The notes: generated by a model not told the origin, from the letters alone. DNA of 64,000 nt from Rosistilla oblonga (GCF_007751715.1 NZ_CP036292.1:3849339-3913338); one strand, 5' to 3'; numbered from the stretch's first letter, positions 1-11,064 are shown. Numbers and translations are program-made.

Positions 1-81
1 TCGATCCAGCACGACTTGAAATCAACGGCTTGCCTGCAAGACCACGATCGGTCGAGTTTCTCTAGCACTATCAAACCAGCA

Positions 82-723
82 ATGGATCACGAACAAACGA
101 CGCTCGATGTTCAAAGGTATCTGGACGAACTTGGGAACTTGGATGGAAGTGCACCGGCGGAACCGATCATTCGAGCATTGATCGATCGCTCGGTCGGGCG
201 TTTGCAAATGTTGTGCGAAGCGTTGTTGGTTCGCAGCTATCCGCGATTGATGCAGCCTCCGTTGAATCTACAGTCCGAAGAGATGCTGAGCGCGGTGGTC
301 GATCGATTGATCAAAGCGATGCAGCAGGTCCGCCCGGCGACCGTACGGCAGTTTTTTGGACTGGCAAATCAACACATGCGCTGGGAACTCAACGATCTTG
401 CCCGCCGACTCGACAAACATCCAGCCGATCACGAGCTGAATGCGGGATTGGCGATGGCACCCGAACCAAGCGCGTCTCAGCTGACTCCCAACGCGGTGCG
501 AATGCTCGATGCAATCGACAATCTTCCCGATGACGAGCGCGAGGTGTTTGGGCTGGTCCGTATCCAAGGCATGACACATACCGAGGCGGCGGATCTATTG
601 GACGTTTCACCAAAGACGATTCAACGACGTTTGAACCGGTGTATGATTCTGCTGACCGCGTCACTGGGAGACCTGAATCCCGACACCCCACCAGCAACCG
701 AAGTCGGACCAGCTGGGGATTAG
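82..723 (+). CDS. ECF-type RNA polymerase sigma factor (sigma-70 family). The ORF is open from 16, and the first in-frame ATG with a plausible N-terminus is at 82.
   Basis: The translation has sigma region 2-like and region 4 helix-turn-helix features ('DDEREVFGLVRIQGMTHTEAADLLDVSPKTIQRRLNRCMILL'). At about 215-235 aa it has ECF size. It lies 13 nt upstream of a Ser/Thr kinase gene, the classic Planctomycete ECF-STK arrangement. Confidence 0.7.
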   Translation: MDHEQTTLDVQRYLDELGNLDGSAPAEPIIRALIDRSVGRLQMLCEALLVRSYPRLMQPPLNLQSEEMLSAVVDRLIKAMQQVRPATVRQFFGLANQHMRWELNDLARRLDKHPADHELNAGLAMAPEPSASQLTPNAVRMLDAIDNLPDDEREVFGLVRIQGMTHTEAADLLDVSPKTIQRRLNRCMILLTASLGDLNPDTPPATEVGPAGD

Positions 724-735
724 CATTGCTTTAGC

Positions 736-3156
736 ATGCTGCCACAGCGGCGCCGCAATGCGGAAGATGGTGTAATGAATTACGAAGCTCAATTGGAAGT
801 CTTGCTCGAGGAAATTCTTGAGTCGCATCGTTCGATCGAGGATGTGTGCGCCGAACATCCAGCCCTGGCCAACGACCTGCGTCGCCGATTCCACGAGCTG
901 CGGAATGTCGAAGCCCAGATCGATCTGTTGTTTCCAAGTCCAGCCAGTCCCGGGTCGATGCCGCACGTCGCGTCGGCTGTCCTAAACGCCGACCTGCCCA
1001 CAATCCCCGGCTATGAGGTGCAAACGATCCTTGGCCACGGCGGAATGGGAGTGGTCTATCGCGCCCGTCAGGTCAATCTGAATCGAGACGTTGCGATCAA
1101 AATGTTGTTGGCCGGACCGTACGCCAGCCAGGTTGAACGGTTGCGGTTTGCCCGCGAAGCGGAGGCGATCGCGCGTTTACAACATCCGCAAATCGTACAA
1201 ATCTACGACGTTGGCGAGGTCTCTGGCCGCCCGTTCTACGCGATGGAGTTGGTGGAAGGGGGAACACTCGCGCAACAGCTCGCCGACAAACCGGTCTCGG
1301 TGCGCGACGCTGCGGAGACGCTTGCGTTGCTGTCGCGAGCCGTGCAATCGGCGCACGAGTGCGGGATCGTGCACCGCGACCTGAAACCCGCCAACATCTT
1401 GCTGGACGAAAACGCGACGCCCAAGATCAGCGATTTCGGACTCGCACGGCAAGTCGATTTCGACGCCGGGTTAACACTCACCGGCGCCCGCATGGGGACG
1501 CCCAGCTACATGGCGCCCGAACAGGTAATCGGTGGCGAGATCGGACCGGCTGTCGACATCTATGCGTTGGGGACGTTGCTGTACCAGATGCTCACCGGTC
1601 GGCCGCCGTTTCGCGGTGAATCGGTGATCGAAACCGAACAGCGTTTGATTTCCGAAACGCCGCAATCTCCGTCGGAGCTTAATTCCAGCGTCCCCCGCGA
1701 TCTAGAAACGATCTGCCTGAAGTGTCTCGAAAAAGAGCCTTATCAACGGTACGCAACCGCAGCCGAACTGGCTGATGATCTGCAACGCTTTTTGAGGTAT
1801 GAACCGATCGCTGCGCGGCCGATCGGTCGCGCGGTTCGTTTGGGACGCTGGGTGCGTCGCAGTCCAACAACCGCCGCGTTGATCGTGACGGCGTTAGCTC
1901 TGTTAGGCATGTCCGCGATCTACGGTACGCGTGAACTCGCCCTGGCGGCAAACCGACAGACCGAAAAGGCTCGTCTGACCGCGCGGTTGGAATCGGGACT
2001 CAAGCTCGAACGGGAGGGGCGGTATTCCGAAACGCGAGCCCTATTGGGAAAGTTGGGGGACGGCGGCCATCAAGACCTTCGCCAGCGGATCGATCGCGCG
2101 GTGGCAAACCTAGATAGTGTCGAAGAACTTGTCGCGCTGCGACTACATCGCGTCTCGGTGAACGACGGACGCTATGACGCGCAATCCAATCGAGCTCATG
2201 CCGACGCCCGCTACGAAATACTGTTCGATCGATTGGATATCGGGAATCCCGACCAACCGCCGGCCGACGTCGCCGCCCGAATCAAAACTTCGGACTTTCG
2301 CGACGCGTTGGTCGCCGCACTGGACAACTGGGCCGTCTGTGCAGATGCCCCGACGCGGCGGTGTTGGTTGCTGGAGGTCGCTTGTCTGGCAGATCACGAT
2401 CCAACGGGGCTCCGCGATCGGATTCGCAGCCCGGACACATGGCTTGATCAAGCCGCGCTCTCGGAACTCTCCCAAGCTGCGTTGAATGCCGGAGTATCGA
2501 TTCAGCTGCTGCGAGCGATCGGAGACCGGATGGCCGAAGCGGGAATGGAACCGATCGCATTTCGCAAGCAGATACAACGAATCCACACCGACGATTTTTT
2601 GGCTAACTTTACACTCGCCGATGAACTTCGCGACCAGGATCCCGCCGACGCCGTCCGCTACTACCAAGCGGCTCTCGCAATTCGTCCCCAAGCCGCCCTG
2701 GCTCACAACAACATGGGATTGGCACTCGAGCAACTTGGACGCAAGGAGGAAGCGCAGGCGTACTTCGAGTCCGCTCTGCAGATCGATCCAACCTTCGTCA
2801 TGGCGATCTACAATGTCGGACGATGCGACGCCGATGCGGGGAACTTTGCAGAGGCGATCGCCCAGTTCCAAGCAGCCTTGCGGATCGATCCGAACCTCCC
2901 AGTTGCTCATTACCAATTGGGATTAGCCAATGCCGCTCGTGGAGATCATCCCGAGGCGATCGGAGCTTTTCGCAGCGCGATCGAATTGGATCCGCAGCAC
3001 GCAGCCGCTTACGGTGCGATGGGCGAATCGCTGTTGCAGATCAAACGGGTTGAAGAAGCGGAGTGTGCGCTGCGGAAGTGCCTGGAACGGATACCATTAA
3101 ACGATCCGCAGCGGCCGCGGTTTGATCAGCTACTGGAGCAATGCAGCCAACGCTGA
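736..3156 (+). CDS. Ser/Thr protein kinase with a transmembrane segment and C-terminal TPR repeats. An alternative start is at 775.
   Basis: Hanks kinase motifs are present: 'GHGGMGVVYRARQ', 'VAIKML', 'HRDLKPANILLD', 'DFGLAR', 'GTPSYMAPE'. A hydrophobic helix 'TTAALIVTALALLGMSAIYG' follows. TPR-like repeats follow that ('YYQAALAIRPQAALAHNNMGLALEQLGRKEEAQAYFESALQIDP...'). Confidence 0.85.
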   Translation: MLPQRRRNAEDGVMNYEAQLEVLLEEILESHRSIEDVCAEHPALANDLRRRFHELRNVEAQIDLLFPSPASPGSMPHVASAVLNADLPTIPGYEVQTILGHGGMGVVYRARQVNLNRDVAIKMLLAGPYASQVERLRFAREAEAIARLQHPQIVQIYDVGEVSGRPFYAMELVEGGTLAQQLADKPVSVRDAAETLALLSRAVQSAHECGIVHRDLKPANILLDENATPKISDFGLARQVDFDAGLTLTGARMGTPSYMAPEQVIGGEIGPAVDIYALGTLLYQMLTGRPPFRGESVIETEQRLISETPQSPSELNSSVPRDLETICLKCLEKEPYQRYATAAELADDLQRFLRYEPIAARPIGRAVRLGRWVRRSPTTAALIVTALALLGMSAIYGTRELALAANRQTEKARLTARLESGLKLEREGRYSETRALLGKLGDGGHQDLRQRIDRAVANLDSVEELVALRLHRVSVNDGRYDAQSNRAHADARYEILFDRLDIGNPDQPPADVAARIKTSDFRDALVAALDNWAVCADAPTRRCWLLEVACLADHDPTGLRDRIRSPDTWLDQAALSELSQAALNAGVSIQLLRAIGDRMAEAGMEPIAFRKQIQRIHTDDFLANFTLADELRDQDPADAVRYYQAALAIRPQAALAHNNMGLALEQLGRKEEAQAYFESALQIDPTFVMAIYNVGRCDADAGNFAEAIAQFQAALRIDPNLPVAHYQLGLANAARGDHPEAIGAFRSAIELDPQHAAAYGAMGESLLQIKRVEEAECALRKCLERIPLNDPQRPRFDQLLEQCSQR

Positions 3157-3202
3157 TCTCAAGTGGCGACCGCGTGGGGCGCCCGCCGGCTATGGCGGGC
3201 GT

Positions 3203-3934
3203 TTACGCGAGGTCGAACAGCATGATCTCGGCGTCGCTGGTCGCATCGATCCGCAACAGCGATTCGTTTTCGATCGCGGCTCCCGTTCCCGTTTCGAGAT
3301 GGTTGGAGTTAAGAGCGACCGAACCACGCAACACTTGCAACCAGGCGTATCGGCCTGCATCGATCGCAAAATCGAGTGTCGCTCCGCTTTCCAGCTTCGA
3401 AAGATACAGCAGCGCGTCCTGTTGGATCGACAGCGATCCGTCGCGTCCATCGGGCGATGCGACCACGCGAAGCGAGTTCTTCATCTCTCCGTCATCAAAC
3501 CGCCGGCGTTCGCTGCTGGGCCTGACATCGCGAACTTTAGGGAGCAGCCAGACCTGGTAAAAGTGCGCCGATTGATTTTCCGAAGGGTTGATTTCGCTGT
3601 GCGAGATCCCAGTCCCCGCGCTGATCCGCTGCAGTTCCCCGGCCTGCACGACTTCGCCCTCCTCCATCCAATCCTTCAATTCAAGCGTCCCGTCGAGGAC
3701 GTAAGAAACGATTTCCATGTTGGCGTGCGCATGGCGTCCGAAGCCATGCCCGGCGGCAACGCAGTCCTCGTTCATCGCTCGCAGGGCGCGAAATCCCATG
3801 TGAGCCTGGTCGTGATAGGATGCAAAGGAAAACGTGTGGTACGACTTCAGACGGCCTAAATCAGCGCGGCCACGTTCATTCGACTTACGAAGTGTGATCA
3901 TCGTTTCCGGTCTATATAGAATAGGTGTCGTCAT
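3203..3934 (-). CDS. Pirin-family cupin protein. The ORF extends to 4153, but the start is most likely MTTPILY at 3934 or MITLRK at 3901.
   Basis: The bicupin has the pirin N-terminus 'LRKSNERGRADLGRLKSYHTFSFASYHDQAHMGFRALRAMNED' and the metal-binding motif 'GFGRHAHANMEIVSYVLDGTLEL' (His-x-His...Glu). Confidence 0.8.
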   Translation of the reverse strand: MTTPILYRPETMITLRKSNERGRADLGRLKSYHTFSFASYHDQAHMGFRALRAMNEDCVAAGHGFGRHAHANMEIVSYVLDGTLELKDWMEEGEVVQAGELQRISAGTGISHSEINPSENQSAHFYQVWLLPKVRDVRPSSERRRFDDGEMKNSLRVVASPDGRDGSLSIQQDALLYLSKLESGATLDFAIDAGRYAWLQVLRGSVALNSNHLETGTGAAIENESLLRIDATSDAEIMLFDLA

Positions 3935-4320
3935 TTCGACGCAATCCGTGATTTCGCTGACCGCCGTTAATGCATTGCTTAACGGCAATCGCGTCCTCCG
4001 GGCATGTCGTCGCAGCGTGCAGCAAACGTCGTCGGGCGACCTAGTGCGAACGAATCGCGAGGGAGTCTTGCCCGACAGAGTTGCCGTAGCAAACGCAAAC
4101 CGCCACTTATGATGCCACCTATATAAGCGTTGGGGGTGGACATGGGGGGCCACGAAAATTTGACGCTTTCACGCCCAGCCCAATTAAACCCAGGCATCCA
4201 CGTCCTTGAATTCCCTTAGGTTTTGTGCGATCCTGCGCGAGCTGCGGCGGCTGGCGAAGGTTCGAGGAAATATCAGAAAACTCCTGGCCGCTGCGATTTT
4301 CAAAAACGCAAAGGCCGCAA

Positions 4321-4926
4321 ATGCAACGTTTCGCCCCAAATCCGCTCCCACAAATATTTGTTGCTCGTCACGGCGAAACGGAGTGGTCGCGGAACCGCCA
4401 ACACACCGGGCTAACCGACATCGATCTTACCGATCGCGGCGTCCACGATGCTCAACGGCTCGGTCGGCGATTGGAGAATCTCAACCCCGACGCGGTCTTC
4501 ACCAGCCCTCTGCGGCGTGCCTCGGCCACCTGTAGATTTGCGGGGTACTCGGAGATGGCTGTCGTCGATCCCGATCTCGTCGAATGGGACTACGGCCAGT
4601 ACGAAGGGAAGACGACCCGCGAGATTCAGCAGCAACGCCCTGGCTGGAGCCTCTTTTCAGACGGTTGCCCTGCGGGGGAGACGCTTGCCGAGGTGGCCGA
4701 TCGCGCCCGCCGAGTGATCCAACGGATCCGCGCGATCGATGGCAATGTCCTGATCTTTTCTCACGGTCACATGCTGAACGTCTTGGCCGCCTGTTGGATC
4801 GAGCTGGAGCCTCGGTTTGGCGAACGCTTTTTTCTCGATCCTGCGACGGTCAGCATTCTCGGTTATCACCACGACCGCGACGATCCAGTGATCCGGATGT
4901 GGAACAGCGGCGGTAATGAAGAATGA
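4321..4926 (+). CDS. Histidine phosphatase family protein (phosphoglycerate mutase-like, branch 1)
   Basis: 'IFVARHGETEWSRNRQHTGLTDIDLTDRG' contains the catalytic RHG motif. The second His is in 'LIFSHGHMLNVLAA'. Confidence 0.8.
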   Translation: MQRFAPNPLPQIFVARHGETEWSRNRQHTGLTDIDLTDRGVHDAQRLGRRLENLNPDAVFTSPLRRASATCRFAGYSEMAVVDPDLVEWDYGQYEGKTTREIQQQRPGWSLFSDGCPAGETLAEVADRARRVIQRIRAIDGNVLIFSHGHMLNVLAACWIELEPRFGERFFLDPATVSILGYHHDRDDPVIRMWNSGGNEE

Positions 4927-4981
4927 ACCAGCCCGCGAATCGGCCGCGACGTCAGCCTGAGAGAACAGATTGACCAGGTGG

Positions 4982-5009
4982 ATCGACTTTGCCGCGGTTT
5001 GGTGAATCG
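4982..5009. terminator. Hairpin with possible bidirectional intrinsic-terminator function, between convergent genes
   Basis: Inverted repeat cgcggtttt-(9 nt)-aaaaccgcg, followed by a T/A-rich run 'gattttatcttaaaaaagg'. It sits between the stop of the + strand phosphatase (4926) and the stop of the - strand gene (5044). Confidence 0.5.
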
Positions 5010-5043
5010 AAAACCGCGAAGATTTTATCTTAAAAAAGGCTGC

Positions 5044-6015
5044 CTAATCCGTCGCTGGCCCGTCTTGAGTTACCATCACCTTTTCTAGAATCAGCCGAGA
5101 GGATTTCAGCATCGCCAACTTTGCTCCAGGCGGTGGTTTGATACCATTTTTGGTCGCTCCTTCCTCCATGTCTCTGTCCCAAAACAAGTGCGTGTATCCC
5201 AGGTCTTTACCCGTCATATCGTAAAACGAAACGGTGACTTTCCCAGCGGTTTGGGAGTAGCCTTTCCCCTTGCAATGGAAAGAATACCTGGCCTGATCGT
5301 CCACTGCGAAAAATGAACTTCCGCCGCTCGTTCCACATTTCAAAACGGTTGTCCCATCGGACCGAACGTACAGCCGCCCCTCCGAACCTGGATCCCATCC
5401 GCTGAGATTGAACTTGCCGTAGCGGAAATCGGGATTCCCATTCTCCGTCCCCTCCGACGTCTCTCGCTCCAGAACGATCTCATCGATCCAGACCTTCCGT
5501 CCCCGCGGCAACAGTTTCAGTTGCAGTGTTTCAGCCTCGGGTGGTGCATAAAAGACGGAGACGAACTCGTGCAATTGCCCCGAGATGATCGAGATAGGAT
5601 CGGCCCGCATCCGAATTCTTCCGTACAGTAGAAAGGTCGTCTCTTCCCCATCCTTGTCGAAGAACGTCAATTGGCAGGCCGCGAAACTCTTGCCGCCATT
5701 CTTGGCAAGGATCTCGGGCAATCGGTCGTTGGTTTCGACGGTGTCGGAATCGTCGACGGCTGCTCGAATTATGAGCTTGTATTTTTGTAACGGTTGCACG
5801 CCGATCGGCTTCAACGCTTGAGCGACCACATCGCTATCGACGACGAGACAGCGTTGGTTATCAAACACCGGCTCTACTGCCAGTTCATCGACCGAGGCGA
5901 CGAAGTGTTGGAGATCGTCGTCGTTATCAAAGGGAATACTCAGTAGAGTTTGCGCGTTTGCCGTTGCGGCTCCCGACAACAAACAGAGTCCGGCGAGTTG
6001 TAGAATCGATTTCAT
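5044..6015 (-). CDS. Hypothetical secreted protein (N-terminal signal peptide). The ORF is open to 6042.
   Basis: 'MKSILQLAGLCLLSGAATANAQ' is a clear Sec signal peptide. No recognisable catalytic motif was found. It lies directly downstream of, and co-directional with, the large putative glycoside hydrolase. Confidence 0.6.
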   Translation of the reverse strand: MKSILQLAGLCLLSGAATANAQTLLSIPFDNDDDLQHFVASVDELAVEPVFDNQRCLVVDSDVVAQALKPIGVQPLQKYKLIIRAAVDDSDTVETNDRLPEILAKNGGKSFAACQLTFFDKDGEETTFLLYGRIRMRADPISIISGQLHEFVSVFYAPPEAETLQLKLLPRGRKVWIDEIVLERETSEGTENGNPDFRYGKFNLSGWDPGSEGRLYVRSDGTTVLKCGTSGGSSFFAVDDQARYSFHCKGKGYSQTAGKVTVSFYDMTGKDLGYTHLFWDRDMEEGATKNGIKPPPGAKLAMLKSSRLILEKVMVTQDGPATD

Positions 6016-6136
6016 GGGAGCGAACTTCAGATGTAGATTCAAAATGAAGGCGTGAACTCAACAGCGACACGGGCGTCGAACAAAAGGAAAACTAAACCGT
6101 ACGTGTGACGCGACGAACGCCGGTCGGGGGGAACTG

Positions 6137-9100
6137 CTAATCAAACTGCAACGGACTGCGTAACAGTTTGTGCTGGGTGAATATACCGCGACCGTCGTAA
6201 GTGCTTTCCTCGCGTTTGTCACTCTGCGGATGGACGACCCTGCTGAACTTGCCATCGATATCGATGCTGTCCCGATCCGCGCCGATATCTTTCAATGGAA
6301 CCGCCAGCAGCACCGACCAACCTCCATCACCTCGATCGTGCTGAGTCCGAACCTTGTTGTTCCAGGCCCCCTCCGCCGTGTTCCAGTTCTTCAATAAGTA
6401 GGTTCCACGATCCTCGCCGACTGCGAAATAGTAGGTGTCGGTCCCGGACCGAAGTACAATTTCGACGCGGTCCCCCTGCGGGAAAGCATCCGAGGGTTGC
6501 GAGGCAACCGTCGCCGGATCGTCATTCGTAAAAGCATCGATCTTGAAATACAGATGATCCTTGTCCCGCATCGACGCAACCGTCGTTGGGTACTGCGTCG
6601 GGGTATCCTCAGCGAGTGGCACTGCGTTAGCGATTCGCTTGAACCCGCTGATCTCATGAGCCTTGTACCAGTGTGGCGAATCGTATTGGCTCCATTGCTC
6701 GGTCGATTCGGGAACCAACGGAACCGGCAGACGATTGAGCCCGGCAGCATAGTGGTCAAACATTTCAAGCACCCGCGCGACCAACTTTTGCGTTTTTGGA
6801 TCGGTAGCAAGCTCTTGGGCTTCCAACAACGCAGCCCGCGCACGCTTCTCAACGCCGGGATCGACGATGAACTTCTGGAACAGCTCCGCAGCCGGCGTGT
6901 GACAATTTACCGTCGTGGGATTGCTGGAATCGTGCCATGAATCGTTGATGATCTGGTAGAACTGCCGCATCGGTTCGGACGCTTCGCGGTAGGTGCGAGT
7001 GATGTATTCATCGCGTAGCGCCGCCGGATCCAAAGTCGGATCCCATTGCAGTTTTGCGATCGCCCATTTCTCGCAACCGTCGACGTCCCAGCTACTCGTG
7101 TCGGTTGAATCGACAGCAAACCCTTCGCAATGTGCATGGATGCCGCCCATCTCAGCCAGCGCCTTGTAATCGGGGCCGGCGGTGTCGGCCAGCGCGTTAA
7201 ATCCTGCAGCGTAGTAGTAGCCAAAAAATCCAAACCGGACATCTTGCTCTTCGCTCCACTGTCGCATCCGTCTGCCCCAAACAGCGCCCGGTTCGGAGGG
7301 CTGTTCCAAAATGGGATACCGTTCGTTTTTCGTCGGGTATGCAGCGAAGTGAGGAACGATCGCTGGATGCAGTTTCACCTCGGGTGGCTCGCCGGCAAAA
7401 ATGTAGGCGTGCGTATGCAGTTCCAGGTCGGGATAATCCTTGACCAACTCTTCCGCCATCCGATTCAGCATCATGTAATTGCGAGTCGAAAAGAAGAGCG
7501 GATCTTTGATACTGCTTGTCGCTTTGGGAGCCAATTCGCTGCCATCGGCTAGAGGAATCGGCTGCATGCAATCGGGACAACTACAGACCTCCCAGTTATC
7601 TCCCACTCGCGAGATAAGAAACTCGAGCTTTCGGCCCGGGACGCTTTCCAGCATTTCTCGCGCGGCGTCGGCCATGACCTTGGGAACGTCCCGATGCGTG
7701 TAACAGGGCTGCCGCCACATGTTGCGCAGGCGGTTCCCGTTGACCAGCGGGTACAGCGTTTCGTCCTCCAGCTTCAGCCCCATGAAACTCCAAATGTAGC
7801 CGCCTCCTGCGCCGATCGTTGCCCCCGACAACCAATTCAGATACTGGAACCCTTTCCCCAATTTCATCGGCGAGTTGCCGCCATTTCGGCCGATCCAATC
7901 GTGACTGATCACAGGGTTCCGATCGCCGCCGGGGAATGATATCTGCCGCACCTTAAACGCGGGTCGGGAGATTAGATCAGTCTGCGAGAATTCGATTTCG
8001 GGTACATGTGAATAAACCGCGACGAAATCCGGATGCGGCCGCGGCCAGATGATGTCGGTGTTTTTCTCCAATAGAGCATGAACGCCAAACAACGTCCCGC
8101 GCGGATGGCTTCCAAATACATGGATCCTGTTTCCGTTGCGGCGGATGGCATATCCATCCGATCCGGCCAGATAGTCGATGTCGTTTTGATATTCTTGTGC
8201 CCACTTGGCCCCAAGCAAAAACTTGGTGTTGTCGCGTTGGGAGGGCTGCGCGAGCAGGACCAGCCGTTTGCCGGTAATCTCCCGGATCCAATGACACAGC
8301 TCGTGAGCCGCCCGCAGCTCGCGTGGATCGGCTTGGCTGTCGAGCACAACTTCGCCAGGGTACAGCGGAAGATCCGTCTCGTCCGCGACAGCGTCGGCAT
8401 CAACAGGTCGCAGCCCCACACCCGTAATCGTTTTTGTCCGGTAGGCAGGGATGTGGTCAAAGCTGGTCTGATATAACAACCGAAGATACGCAGCCTGTTC
8501 GGGAGTCTTCAGTTCGCGGTGGCGGTTGTAAGGAGCCGGCGTCAGCAGATGCATATCGGAATCGTAAGCCAACACGTAGTTTGGCATCGCCGAACCGGCG
8601 TCGAAGCGATAGTCCGCTCCGCCAACCACCGGAATGCGATCGGTCAACGCATACCCGTTGTGCTCAATCTTCAACGCGGTCTTGCCGTCGACTTCGACAA
8701 AATGAGTGTTGAGAGTTTCCGACCAACCGGAATAGTTCCCGGGGCCTTCGCGAAAATCTCCGTTCACAAACAAGCTATCCACCGTCACCGCCTGCAGTTG
8801 CACGTCGCTGGCTTGTGGCAGTTTCCCTTCGCCGCGAACCGCAAGCTTAACCGTTGTGGCATTCGGTACCGTGCGAAAGACATGAACGTAGTGGCTTTGC
8901 TCTGGCGTGATCTGCTGCCACGCATCGTGATGACTGCCCGCGTGCGGTACGTCCCCCTGTTCATCGATCGTGTCGAGTAACCAAGTAGCCGATTCCCCAT
9001 CGACCTCCGCGTCGAACTGCAAGCGATAGCAAGTGTTCGGCTCGACCGCCAAACTTGCAACGATGGTTTCATCCGCCGCCGCTATGTTCGCCAACAGGCA

Positions 9101-9138
9101 ACCAAATAGAGCAGCGAGGAAGGGAGTGCGTTTACGCA
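6137..9138 (-). CDS. Large secreted putative glycoside hydrolase, DUF4838/GH20-N-like, with N- and C-terminal beta-sandwich (carbohydrate-binding-like) domains. The ORF is open to 9274.
   Basis: The signal peptide is 'MRKRTPFLAALFGCLLANIAAA'. The central region ('GSHPRGTLFGVHALLEKNTDIIWPRPHPDFVAVYS...FKVRQISFPGGD') is reminiscent of DUF4838/hexosaminidase-like TIM-barrel proteins. The C-terminal segment 'DRVEIVLRSGTDTYYFAVGEDRGTYLL' is CBM9-like. This assignment comes from memory only and was not searched. Confidence 0.5.
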
Positions 9139-9561
9139 TGATCAAATCCGTGGTGAGACTGCGTTTGTTCGGGAGTGACGCAGTTTTTTGGCGGGGTCTA
9201 TTCTTTCTGACTTCCATTGGCTGAAGGCGACATGGCGTAGATACCGCCGACCCAAGTCGACCGTCCGCCAGCATCGGCAGTTCCAGCGAAAGCCATCAGC
9301 TATCAAACTCGTTTCAGCAAAGGCGAACGTATTCCATTTGCAAACCACGAGAGAAGCGAGAAGGCTAATCGAACGCACCGGTGATAGCAAGTCGTAGCGG
9401 ACCGCTGGCCCACGTTAGCGCAGGGCGAAGAGAGCGTTCTTCACCACAACGCGATCGACGTCGCCGCTTCCAACACAGGGTCAAGTCGCATCGATACGGC
9501 TCCGGTCAAGCCATCCGGCACCAGAACTTGTCGCCTTAGTTTTGTTATCCCCGGGCGCGAA

Positions 9562-10032
9562 TTACTTTCGTCGCGGGATTGCAAGCGTCACGCTGTAGTC
9601 GTCCGAACCGTTGGGCGAGTCGCAGACGTACAGATCGAAACCGTCGGGCGTATGTTCCAGTGCGATCACGTCGCGACCTTTTCGCTTGACGATCCATGCC
9701 TTGGAAAGATCCAAACGAGCTCCGAAATCACGCCACGGCGCCGGTGTTCGATCCAATTTCGTCCAAGGTTCACCGTCGAAGAGAACACGACTCGGGGGCT
9801 GCCAACTTTTGTGTTCGTAACGCACGACACGGCGAGTGAACCTGATCCGCCCACTGCCGTCAAAACGCCCCGAAATTCGCAACAGCTTTGGTTGCGCACC
9901 AAGAGCCGCGTCGAATGCTGTGGTCTTGTCGCTTCCATTTGCAGAAGTGCCAACGTCGTCAAGCGATTGTCCGCCGTAGCTCCACCCAGTGGCAACAATT
10001 ACACATAACGTGATCTGCAGAAACGTCTTCAT
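9562..10032 (-). CDS. Hypothetical small secreted protein
   Basis: Signal peptide 'MKTFLQITLCVIVATGWSYGG'. The ORF reads cleanly for 157 aa after the signal peptide. Confidence 0.5.
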   Translation of the reverse strand: MKTFLQITLCVIVATGWSYGGQSLDDVGTSANGSDKTTAFDAALGAQPKLLRISGRFDGSGRIRFTRRVVRYEHKSWQPPSRVLFDGEPWTKLDRTPAPWRDFGARLDLSKAWIVKRKGRDVIALEHTPDGFDLYVCDSPNGSDDYSVTLAIPRRK

Positions 10033-10287
10033 TCTAGCTACCTTTGGATTCGACAAAACGAGAGCGTGCATCCTCGTCCGCTCCCGATTCCGCAGATTGG
10101 GCGGACGAAAGCACTCATCGAAGGCTAGCGGAAACCTAACGCCAAATCAACTTTTGTCTTCCGTCCGGCGAGACGATTACTCCGACTCAAGCCAACACGT
10201 CGCCCCAGCGTTCAGGTCGCCCGACGGCTCACCAACAAGCCAATCGCTCACCGTGGCTGCAGCGATGAAACGATCCAAGGCGACCGG

Positions 10288-11064
10288 CTATGGCACAGCC
10301 CGGCCCGGCGGCATCTGCTGCTCTAGTCTCAAGTCCTCATCTTGGACAAGCCAATTCAACATCCTCTGATACGACATGGCGTTTTGGAAGATTCCTCCGT
10401 GATCCGCTCCCGCCCAAACGGTTTCAACCACGTCGACTTTGAACCGCTTCGCCGAGCTGACCGTCTCCTGTTGTTCTTTCCGCATGTAGTCTTCTTCGCC
10501 AACGAACACCCAGACTTGAGTTTTCGGATAGTGACGCAAAGACCACGGATGGCAAAGACCGGCAATTACCACGGATTTCGAAAACAGGTCCTGCTCGTAT
10601 GAAGGCAGTTCCCACGCGCCGGATCCTCCCATGCTAAAACCGATCACCGAACGTCGATTCTCGTCGATCCGAAATTCTTTGCCGACTTCACGAGCGACCT
10701 CGCCCAACTGCATCGAGTCCCAATTCGTGTAGCGATCACCGTACTGCGACGGCGGGCAGATCGGAGCAACCACCACTGCAGGCAGGCCAAGCAGTCCACG
10801 AATCGACGCCTTCAGTTCTTCGGGGGTTGGATTGCCGCCGCCGTGAAGAAACAAAATCAACGGCCAGCGACGACTCTTGTCCGTTTGGTACGCGTCGGGA
10901 AGATTGATAAGACAGCGGTACTGTAGCGTTTCCGAATAAGTCCGCTCCACAACCCGTTCCTGTAACTCCGCTGCATCGACGCGGACCTGACCGCTGGAAA
11001 CCAGGACGTGAAATGCGATCGTAAACGCCGCAACGAAGCCCATTGCCGAACTGTGTCTTTGCAT
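10288..11064 (-). CDS. Alpha/beta-hydrolase, phospholipase/carboxylesterase or dienelactone-hydrolase-like
   Basis: The nucleophile elbow 'GFSMGG' is GxSxG. 'LILFLHGGG' is an oxyanion-region-like motif. Size and order of motifs fit the esterase fold, and there is an N-terminal signal/anchor sequence. Confidence 0.7.
   Translation of the reverse strand: MQRHSSAMGFVAAFTIAFHVLVSSGQVRVDAAELQERVVERTYSETLQYRCLINLPDAYQTDKSRRWPLILFLHGGGNPTPEELKASIRGLLGLPAVVVAPICPPSQYGDRYTNWDSMQLGEVAREVGKEFRIDENRRSVIGFSMGGSGAWELPSYEQDLFSKSVVIAGLCHPWSLRHYPKTQVWVFVGEEDYMRKEQQETVSSAKRFKVDVVETVWAGADHGGIFQNAMSYQRMLNWLVQDEDLRLEQQMPPGRAVP

Noticed and set aside
3122-3859. 245-aa ORF on the + strand
   Set aside because: It overlaps the pirin gene on the opposite strand. 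Pirin motifs (HxH...E cupin) strongly support the - strand reading.
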